DNA of 62,913 nt from Octopus bimaculoides (Eukaryota), in the NCBI RefSeq assembly GCF_001194135.2, contig NC_068990.1, positions 38,631,081 to 38,693,993 of the forward strand, read 5' to 3'. The position numbers were made by a program, and so were the translations under genes. Shown piece by piece: positions 53,092 through 62,913 of the stretch. Every line of letters begins with the position of its first letter. The first letter of the stretch is position 1. Below the pieces are notes generated by a model, which worked only from the letters and a program-made list of their open reading frames with translations, did no database searches and was not told where the DNA came from.

Positions 53092-53627
53092 ACCTGTTAT
53101 TCATAACCCCAAAATTTTTCGTTTCATATATAAGTGAAATCGATCCGGAGATCTAACTATACAACAATGGACTGTTCTATTGTAGACTGAGGGGTGGAAA
53201 GGCCAGACTCATCAACAACTGGAACAAAACCGTCGTTGACTACAACATCATAAGCAACTATAGATCTTGTTTTCCTGCTTCCAGTGATGTTAAGATTTAT
53301 ACCAGTAATATTCTGTGACTAGAGTTTATCCACTGAACGCTCTTTAGAAATATCTGTCTGTGAGTTAACGTTAGAGATAAATAGTGAGAGAAGATCAATA
53401 TTCATTGCAAAGATCAAAAATTGCGAATGGAACTGGTCATTATTGTATAAGCCCCTAAATACATAAAATGGAAAGTGAACTCGAGCAGGATTCGAAAACC
53501 TAAATACTTTTTGTTAATTCACCGTTTCTGATACTCCGCAGTATTTTGAAAGCTACCTCAACATTAAACTCTGCGTAGGTTACAACTAAGCTATGATAAA
53601 ACAATATTTGAGAACGTTCAAGCATCT

Positions 53628-53699
53628 GGTTCCATGGGGTAGTGGTTATCACATCTGCTTAATACGCAGAAAGTCGTGAGTTCGAAACTCGCTGGAAGC
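53628..53699 (+). pseudogene. tRNA-Val-body gene with AAT (Ile) anticodon (copy M), mismatches at 2:71 and 11:24
   Basis: ggttccatggggtagtggttatcacatctgcttAATacgcagaaagtcgtgagttcgaaactcgctggaagc; B box intact. Confidence 0.75.
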
Positions 53700-53731
53700 T
53701 AATTGTTTTACATTTTGCTAGTATATAATGG

Positions 53732-53938
53732 TTTCTACTCTAGGCACAAGGCCCGAAATTTTGTAGAAGGGGCAAGTCGATTAGATCGACTTCAGTATGC
53801 AACTGGTACTTAATTTATCTACGCCGAAAGGATAAAAAGCAAAGTCGACCTCGGCGGAATTTGAACTCAGAACGTAAAGACAGACGAAATACCACGAAGC
53901 ATTGCGCCAAGCATGCTATCGTTTGTCAGCTCGCCGCC
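53732..53938 (-). mobile_element. SINE family C, full length
   Basis: Reverse complement runs from ggcggcgagctgacaaacgatagc through gttctgagttcaaattccgccgaggtcgactttgc to tttcgggccttgtgcctagagtagaaa. Confidence 0.9.
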
Positions 53939-54145
53939 ATATTTTGCTAGTACATAATGCCACCACCCACATTGATGCTGGTATTGCAAATGCTGTTGTT
54001 GTCGGCGACGTTTGGTTCCACTTGTTGTTACTATTGTGTTGTAGAGTGGGCCCTCTCTGCCCGCACTACCGATGAGTACAGACAGACTCAGTGATATATC
54101 AAAGTTTGACATTGGAAAATTTGTCAGTAGGGACAATTCGTTTCA

Positions 54146-54318
54146 AATTTTAGTACGAGGCCAGCAATTTCAATGGGAGGAGATAAATCGATTACATCAA
54201 CCCCAATACTCAACTGGTATGTATTTTATCGACGCCGGCGGAATTTGAATTCAGAACGTAAAGACGGACGAAATGCCGTTAAGCTTTTTACCCAGGGTGC
54301 TAACGAATCTGCGAAACT
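54146..54318 (-). mobile_element. SINE family C with internal deletion
   Basis: gcggaatttgaattcagaacgtaaagacggacgaaatgccg and attacatcaaccccaatactcaactggta match family C. Confidence 0.8.
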
Positions 54319-54371
54319 GGTTCCTTACATCTTCGATATAATTAAACAATAATTAAGTGAAGTTCGTGTCT

Positions 54372-54443
54372 GGTTCCATGGTGTAGTGGTTATCACATCT
54401 GCTTCACACGCAGAAGGTCCTGAGTTCGAAACTCGCTGGAACC
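54372..54443 (+). tRNA. tRNA-Val-CAC: tRNA-Val(CAC) (copy N), single C49.C65 mismatch
   Basis: ggttccatggtgtagtggttatcacatctgcttCACacgcagaaggtcctgagttcgaaactcgctggaacc; T-rich tract downstream. Confidence 0.8.
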
Positions 54444-55243
54444 TACTATTTGTTTTCTATTTTGTTTTGAGCCTGGGGTTTCTAATACAATGGGAGTGGA
54501 GATTGATATTTTTAGTTTCTTCTATTTGCTATAGTTATTGGTTCTAATATCCCACCCGTATTTGTCTTCATTGTCAACGCTTCTCTCTTAAGACATAAAT
54601 AGTAATATCGACCTCGGCCATATTTAAAATAAGAAAGCTCTTACACAAAACAGCACTCAGTGAGGGCAAACAGAGTGTTTCATGATTGTGGAGCTAATTA
54701 CGTAACTATGAACAGGTCTATACATAATGAGTGGTGTAAAGATCCAGACCGCTGTATAACGGTTTCAATACTCTATTGAATATTCTTTTCCCTTAATTGT
54801 GATATGAATATTCTTGAGAGTTTGAAGAACTTAACAATCTCTGGTTTCTATTTCTCTCTCTTTTAAAACTCAGAGAGAAACCTTTGTATGAATTGACGAC
54901 AAAACCAAAAATAGTGAAGAGAGAGAAACTGTAGTGTTCCGGATTAAAGGTTCTCTAGTATTCACATTCCGTTAGATTCTTAGTTGTTGTTTCTGATCAA
55001 ACAGACTTATATTTAAAGTATGTCAGCCATGACCATCTCATCTTATTATCAAACAATGTATCCAAGACTTCAGTATCCAGGGTCCACTCTTTTTATTTCT
55101 CTTCCAATTCATATTTAGTGAGCCTTAAAGTGTTTGGTTCTAGATTTACGACCTGGTCACTGATATGTGACAACACGTGTAGGGCGCGCTGCTGTTGTTT
55201 TTGAAGTTGATGCTAATATATCAACACCTATTCCTATAAAAGT

Positions 55244-55382
55244 AGAGCTAAAGAAGTAAATATTAGGTTCCAGAGCTAAAGAAGTAAATCTTAGGTTCCA
55301 GAGCTAAAGAAGTAAATCTTAGGTTCCAGAGCTAAAGAAGTAAATCTTAGGTTCCAGAGCTAAAGAAGTAAATCTTAGGTTC
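55244..55382. repeat. 28-bp tandem repeat x5 (agagctaaagaagtaaatcttaggttcc), each unit containing the tRNA 3' acceptor strand
   Basis: Units start at 55244, 55272, 55300, 55328 and 55356; the minus strand reads ctggaacct-aagatttacttctttagct. Confidence 0.95.
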
Positions 55383-55385
55383 ACA

Positions 55386-55428
55386 TCTGCGTGTTAAGCA
55401 GATGTGATAACCATTACACCATGGAACC
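55386..55428 (-). pseudogene. tRNA-Val(AAC) 5' part (copy O, nt 1-43), 3' half replaced
   Basis: ggttccatggtgtaatggttatcacatctgcttAACacgcaga continues into tgtgaacc, an inverted copy of its own D-arm sequence. Confidence 0.85.
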
Positions 55429-55976
55429 AGTTGATGGCGTTTTATCAAATATTCCTTTATCATATAAAGAAGTTTTGGGTTGTACAGAGTTTCATGGTGA
55501 TTTACTTTAAAAATGACCGTGGAATCTCAGTAATGGTAAATTAACAAAAACAAAAAAAGGACGTGATATTTATTTTCAATTCAGGTTTCGAATCCTGCTG
55601 GAGTTGACTTTAACCTCCACGTACTCGGGGTATCATAACATATTGGTCAGTTCTTTTGGTCAAATGTACGTCGAGTTTATCAACTGGGCTCTTTCTAGAA
55701 ATATCTGTCTGTGAATCAATGTGAGAGATGAAAAGTAAAAGAAAGTTCAATATTAATTGAGAAGATCAATAATTACCAATAGAACAGGTCATTATTGTAT
55801 TGACCCCTAAGGATATAGAATGGAAACTGAACTGCAGCAGGATTCGAAATCCTAATCTCTCCTTGTTGATGTACCATTTTTGATACTCCACTGAGTTTTG
55901 AAAACTAACTCTGCATTAAACTCTGCACAAAATAATTGTGTATGACAAAACAAAATCTGATACACCGACAGCAACT

Positions 55977-56048
55977 GGTTCCATAGTGTAGTGGTTATCA
56001 CATCTGCTTAACACGCAGAAGGTCGTGAGTTCGAAACTCGCTGGAACC
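55977..56048 (+). tRNA. tRNA-Val-AAC: tRNA-Val(AAC) (copy P), intact cloverleaf
   Basis: GGTTCCA TA GTGT AGTGGTTA TCAC A TCTGC TT-AAC-AC GCAGA AGGTC GTGAG TTCGAAA CTCGC TGGAACC; A and B boxes intact; TTTT 7 nt downstream. Confidence 0.88.
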
Positions 56049-56602
56049 TAGTTGTTTTATATTTTATTTGTATTTAGTGCCACCGCCCTCATTACTGTTG
56101 GTGAGGCAAAGGCTCCTTTTTCTCACAGACGTTTAGTTCCAGTTATTGTTATGTTGTTATACAAATACCCAACCCCGCCAACGATGACCATGATTAAACG
56201 CAGTCATGTATTAAAGTTTGTCTCTGTAAAATTTGTCGGTCGAGACAATATTGATATCAAATATTAGCTCAAGTCCAACAATCTCGGAAGAGGGCGTAAA
56301 TTGATCATATGGACCCCAGTACTCAAATAAGCAAATAGGGAGAAGTATTCAAATATTGTGAGTTAAAAAAATTTTCTCAAGATCACATTCAGTGAAGTCG
56401 ACCTGGAACCTCATGATTGCAAAGCTAACCATATAACTTATAGAGTGGCCTAACGTACAATAAAATGTGTAAAGGTCTAGATCCATCACAGCAATAACTG
56501 AGACAAAATATCAAGTACTATAAGAACAACATCAGGATTTACAACATCATGTTATTTAGTGTGGTAGAGCCTTGGCCAATCAAAGAAAAAAAAATGTAAA
56601 TA

Positions 56603-56629
56603 GGTTCCAGCGAGTTTCGAACTCACGAC
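56603..56629 (-). pseudogene. tRNA-Val 3' fragment (copy Q: T arm plus acceptor 3' strand)
   Basis: Plus-strand ggttccagcgagtttcgaactcacgac is identical to the 3' part of copy P. Confidence 0.85.
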
Positions 56630-56804
56630 ATCTGATACCTCAATTAAAATTGACGCATATCCCACAGTTGGGTCTTCGGCATTTTGTTTTACTGACGGAT
56701 GGTGTCGAAGGCTTCATTGTTAAGAGGGTTGTATGTGGAGATATATGGTAGGTCTTTTGGTTGTAAATCCTTCTTTAATTTGCATTTTCTACCTTATCAT
56801 TTTT

Positions 56805-56837
<33 letters not shown>

Positions 56838-56889
56838 NNNNNNNNNNNNNNNNNNNNNNNNNNNNNNNNNNNNNNNNNNNNNNNNNNNN

Positions 56890-57050
56890 AACATAGCTTG
56901 ACAACCAATGCTGGTGTGTTTACGTCCCCGTAACATAGCCGTTCGGCAAAGTACTAGGCTTACAAAGAATAAGTTCTGGAGCCGATTTGTTCGACTAAAG
57001 GTGGTGCTCCAGCATGGCCGCAGTCAAATGTCTGAAACAAATAAAAAAGA
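56890..57050 (+). mobile_element. SINE family A 3' part (5' part lost in a gap)
   Basis: gcttgacaaccaatgctggtgtgtttacgtccccgtaac...gctccagcatggccgcagtcaaatg. Confidence 0.85.
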
Positions 57051-57904
57051 ATATATATATGTAGGTAAAGTAAAATTTAGAGGTAATACTTGACAATTGT
57101 AAGCACCTGTGTATGCCAGCTCGTGGTTGATGTGAAAGAATAAATTGTAAATCCCAAAAATAACAACAAAAATACAAAGGATTCTGCGGTACACGTGTTT
57201 CAAGCTTTATATCAGTGTATAATTTACAATACAAAGCTATCTTCAACTGCAAAAGTATTTCTCTCCCAGGAAATTATATCACATCGGCGTTATGTATGTA
57301 TGTTTACGTATATATATGTATGTTTGTGTGATCGAAGGTACCACAATCGACCGTGCCGTTAAACTATGTCCAACATGTTGTCCTCATCCCGTCTGGAATA
57401 TGTGAACCTAAATATAATGAGCATAACTAATGTCGCTTTGCTAATCATTATAAGCACATGTTCTGATGTTTTCAGACAGGCAATAAGGAAAGCCACGAAA
57501 TGAAAATTTATTTGTAATTTCCAATGTATGATTTATACACTTCACTGATATTATGTGTATGTGCGTTAGTTGTTATGTATATTTGTCAGAGAGATATTCA
57601 ATATAATTATGATTTAATGAGAGCAAGAATTGAGAGATAGAAGAAAAGAAACACAGAGGATATGTTAAATGATTTATGCGACGCTGGTCACTTAAGGATC
57701 TGTAATTTCATTACTTGCACAAAAATAGAGGAGATGCATTTAGAAAAATTCGCAAATGATGGGGATAGTGAGTGGGAAGGAGGGCGGTACTCAACAGCAC
57801 AAGTTAAATGACTGCGTTAGGACAACTGTATATATTTTGACCAAATATGCCTATCTCTCATAACTTTTGCCGTCAAAACACAATCATACCTATCGATTTT
57901 CCTC

Positions 57905-58160
57905 ATCGTCAGCACCATCACCATCATCATTACCATCACCATCATCATTATCATCAACATCACCATCACCACAACCACCACCACCACGACGATCATCCTC
58001 CTCATCACATCATCGTCGTCGTCATCACTACCACCACCACCATCATCATCATCAACATCATCATCAACATCATCATCATCGTCATCATCATCTTCCTCGC
58101 TGTCGTCGTCGTCGTCGTCGTCGTCATCCTCCTCCTCATCATCATCATCATCAGTATGAT
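57905..58160. repeat. Mosaic (CAT)/(CAC)/(CGT)n triplet block
   Basis: Direct reading. Confidence 0.9.
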
Positions 58161-58174
58161 AATTATAATAATCA

Positions 58175-58469
58175 CATAATATTTGAAATTGCAATAACCT
58201 GGATTATGAAAACTGTAAAGCATGTGCCTGTAATAATTGGTGCATTGGGAACTGTAAGCAAAGATATTGACAAATGGTTGAAGGAAATTAGGATAGAATG
58301 TCTTGTAGGGGTTCTAAAGAGAGTTTGACGATTAGGGACGGGAATGATTATCAGGAGCGTTCTAAGCAATTGAAAGACAATTAAAAGCTACTGGATACCT
58401 AAGATTGCAGGTAGCATCCCACTACCTACATGGATTCTACCAGGAATGAAAACGAAGCTGAGTCACACC

Positions 58470-58534
<65 letters not shown>

Positions 58535-58545
58535 TAATAATGATA
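58175..58545 (+). mobile_element. R4/Dong-like RLE retrotransposon 3' end with 3' UTR and (AAT)n tail
   Basis: FEIAITWIMKTVKHVPVIIGALGTVSKDIDKWLKEIRIECLVGVLKRV*RLGTGMIIRSVLSN*, then about 100 bp of UTR and (AAT)n from 58471. Confidence 0.75.
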
Positions 58546-58629
58546 ATTTCTACTAAAGGCACAAGGCCTGAACCTTTGGGGGCGGGGGTTTGTTCATATA
58601 GGGATGTTGGAGATAAGACAGACAGAAAA

Positions 58630-59390
58630 AATTATGGCTATGGATGACTGAAAGTGATTTAAAACCGGAAACGAAGGCTCTAATCTGCGCTTCCCAGGAG
58701 CAAGCATTACATCAAATACAAAATAGACAACGCATCAGAAAATGATAAGTGCAGTATTTTTGGAGAAAATGGTAAATCCGTATGGCATATTACCAGTTAA
58801 TATACGCCACTAGCCCAGAAAGAATATAAGTGACGTCATGACAATGTAGCAAGGATTGTCTATTGGACACTTTGCAACAAGTGTGGAGTCGACAGAGCAA
58901 AAAAGTGGTACGATCATAAACCCAGAGGCATCTTCGAAAATGATAATGCAAAGATCCTATGGGATTTTATGATTCAATGCGATCATGAGGCACAGAATAG
59001 GAAACAGACATTGTATTAATTGACAAAAGAAAGCAAACGACAATACTGGATCATAGATATAGCATGCCCAGCTGACAAGGTATACGATAAGGAAGAAAGA
59101 AAAGTCGGTAGATATGAAAGGTTAGCTTGGGAAGTTAAGCAATTGTGGTCGCTGAAAAAGATGGTAGTAGTACCAACAAATGTCAGAGCCCTGGGAACAG
59201 TGTAAAAATCTAGTGAAGTACATGGAACAAATAAGCGCTGCACCTGCAGAAAACATCACTACTTGGAACCGCTCGAATACTCCGGATGGTGGTCAGAAAA
59301 TAAGGGTGTTACCTTAGTTCAGTGGTTGTGAACAAGGGCTTACAACGTAGTACATCTGCGCAACGACAATAAAAGAATAAGATAATAGTA
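58630..59390 (+). mobile_element. R4/Dong-like retrotransposon fossil: decayed CCHC knuckle plus RLE domain
   Basis: WMTESDLKPETKALICASQEQAL..IKYKIDNASENDKC...HITS*YTPLAQKEYK*RHDNVARIVYWTLC...KILWDFMIQCDH...DIVLI.KESKRQYWIIDIACPAD...RYERLAWEVKQLWSLKK...ALGTV...LQKTSLLGTARILR. Confidence 0.85.
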
Positions 59391-59767
59391 GTAATTGGCT
59401 ACAGCAAATATTTTGCTCAATACCACAGATGCGCTTGTCACTTGTTTGATTTTGACCAGTTGAGCATGTCCCTTAGTGGCTGACGACATGTGCATCTCTG
59501 ATCACAAGCAAAAGCAGTGGGGAAGCATCATAACCATATGTTGAGAGGAATTCCTTGAGTCTTGGATTATTCACTTTTAGAAACATGGGTGTTTCGCTCA
59601 ACATCCTTAAACAACCCTTATTCTTGGACCTTTTATTCAGGAACCTTTAATGAGATCACCATGTCGCGCACATGTGGTTGTGATGCATGTGTACGCTGAG
59701 CATAATGAGCTTCTTATATGTTATCCCACTGTCACTTAGATGGTATGCACTGCTCTCCCACTCACGC

Positions 59768-60570
<803 letters not shown>

Positions 60571-60988
60571 TTTACGATCAACACCCAACACCACCAGCAG
60601 AACCGTTATAAGTAACACGAAAAGACAACATATTGGTTAAGAAACATACACTAACTAAAAAATATATATATATATATCTAAAACAGAACAATAGAATAAT
60701 TTATGATATATTACGTTCATATCAATCATAAATGTTGCTTTTGCTTTGCTTTTTGTGTGTCTATGGTGTGTTTTTGTTTCTCATTCTTCTTTTCGTTATT
60801 GTTGTTCTTGCATTTTTTTTTGTGATCATTTCATAATTGATACATCTTTCACTGACGATATATTTTAGTATTCTATATTTACATCGTGATGTATTTTGGC
60901 GCTCTAACTCTTATGTAGCGCTATTTCTCTCTCCCACCTCTTTCCCCTATTCCTCCGTGTGTCTCTATGTATATGTATATACATATAT

Positions 60989-61075
<87 letters not shown>

Positions 61076-62167
61076 CATATATANNNNNNNNNNNNNNNNN
61101 NNNNNNNNNNNNNNNNNNNNNNNNNNNNNNNNNNNNNNNNNNNNNNNNNNNNNNNNNNNNNNNNNNNNNNNNNNNNNNNNNNNNNNNNNNNNNNNNNNNN
61201 NNNNNNNNNNNNNNNNNNNNNNNNNNNNNNNNNNNNNNNNNNNNNNNNNNNNNNNNNNNNNNNNNNNNNNNNNNNNNNNNNNNNNNNNNNNNNNNNNNNN
61301 NNNNNNNNNNNNNNNNNNNNNNNNNNNNNNNNNNNNNNNNNNNNNNNNNNNNNNNNNNNNNNNNNNNNNNNNNNNNNNNNNNNNNNNNNNNNNNNNNNNN
61401 NNNNNNNNNNNNNNNNNNNNNNNNNNNNNNNNNNNNNNNNNNNNNNNNNNNNNNNNNNNNNNNNNNNNNNNNNNNNNNNNNNNNNNNNNNNNNNNNNNNN
61501 NNNNNNNNNNNNNNNNNNNNNNNNNNNNNNNNNNNNNNNNNNNNNNNNNNNNNNNNNNNNNNNNNNNNNNNNNNNNNNNNNNNNNNNNNNNNNNNNNNNN
61601 NNNNNNNNNNNNNNNNNNNNNNNNNNNNNNNNNNNNNNNNNNNNNNNNNNNNNNNNNNNNNNNNNNNNNNNNNNNNNNNNNNNNNNNNNNNNNNNNNNNN
61701 NNNNNNNNNNNNNNNNNNNNNNNNNNNNNNNNNNNNNNNNNNNNNNNNNNNNNNNNNNNNNNNNNNNNNNNNNNNNNNNNNNNNNNNNNNNNNNNNNNNN
61801 NNNNNNNNNNNNNNNNNNNNNNNNNNNNNNNNNNNNNNNNNNNNNNNNNNNNNNNNNNNNNNNNNNNNNNNNNNNNNNNNNNNNNNNNNNNNNNNNNNNN
61901 NNNNNNNNNNNNNNNNNNNNNNNNNNNNNNNNNNNNNNNNNNNNNNNNNNNNNNNNNNNNNNNNNNNNNNNNNNNNNNNNNNNNNNNNNNNNNNNNNNNN
62001 NNNNNNNNNNNNNNNNNNNNNNNNNNNNNNNNNNNNNNNNNNNNNNNNNNNNNNNNNNNNNNNNNNNNNNNNNNNTAAAACGGATTGTAGAATTTTTATA
62101 ATCCTTCATTTATTCAAATATTATACCGGTTTCAATATTCATTTTCAATATTGAATAGATAAAATAA

Positions 62168-62446
62168 GTAGAGGCGCAAGACTCCGGCAGGAGATGGTGG
62201 CGAACCCTGCTGTATTCTTCCACCACAACTTTCTCTTACTCTTACTTCCTGTTTCTGTTGTGCCTGTAATTCAAAGGGTCAGCCTTGTCACACTGTCACG
62301 CTGAATATCCCCGAGAACTACGTTAAAGGTGCACGTGTCTATGGAGTGCTCAGCCACTTGCACGTTAATTTCACGAGCAGGCTGTTCCGTTGATGGATCA
62401 ACTGGAACCCTCGATGTCGTAAACGATGGAGTGCCAACGACAACAG
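62168..62446 (+). mobile_element. SINE-like dispersed repeat, family D
   Basis: Shares about 165 bp with 5860-6030. Confidence 0.7.
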
Positions 62447-62913
62447 ATAAAATAAGGTGAAGTTTTAGAAGGAAGGTAGTGAATATATGCTCAAAAATGA
62501 AATGTTCTTAACAAAATTATATGATGAAACTTTAGATGTTGCATAAGTTTCATAGCTATAAGATATAAATAATGTTCAAATACTCGATAAATTTTGATGG
62601 AATAAATATCATACGAATGAAGAAGTTCAATAAGTTTCATATCAGTATATTATGAATGTATTAAATCACTACAATGTTTTTTTTTAAATTTAAGGAACGT
62701 TTCTATTTTCACAGTCGTGAGGTGTGGTGCTCAAATGTTAATACTTTTCTTTACTCTTATCATATGTGCGCATATTTGCGCATATAATTATATTATACTT
62801 ATTTATCGTGCATTTACTTATTTATTTTTCTATATGTGAGTGTGGATTTTCATGGATAAGTTCATGGACTTTGGTTGTTTTGTCTAAAACTATATATATA
62901 TATATATATATAT

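Noticed and set aside
44800-56048. Reading the tRNA array or the 28-bp repeat as CRISPR-like
   Set aside because: The repeats are tRNA cloverleaves with homologous, not unique, spacers; the context is eukaryotic and there are no cas genes.
59397-59767. Probable additional dispersed repeat ending in an (AAT)n tail
   Set aside because: Single copy in the window with no diagnostic motif, so the family cannot be supported from the sequence alone.

Overview
AT-rich, microsatellite-saturated, gapped eukaryotic scaffold. The SINE types and repeat density suggest an Octopus-like cephalopod (inference, not searched). Nearly all ORFs in the supplied track are artefacts of microsatellites or N-gaps, and no complete protein-coding gene is supportable. 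The main structure is an unannotated ~12.4-kb cluster (44.2-56.6 kb) of 18 tRNA-Val genes, pseudogenes and fragments. They share one Val(TAC)-type body, carry AAC, CAC or TAC anticodons (plus AGC, AAT, TAT, CAG and AAA in decayed copies), and all have U rather than the canonical A at the discriminator position. The copies sit in a ~358-bp tandem unit and in three head-to-head pairs. They include a minihelix-like deletion, a template-switch hairpin with a 28-bp amplified 3' end, and a 5' half fused to a Penelope-like retroelement. Also present: a hammerhead-ribozyme-bearing inverted repeat (19.7-19.9 kb), two Penelope-like RT/GIY-YIG fossils, three R4/Dong-like RLE retrotransposon 3' ends, a DD37D (maT) transposase fossil, four SINE families, an interstitial (CCCTAA)n tract, a 179-bp near-identical duplication and a few candidate small exons at 34-39 kb.
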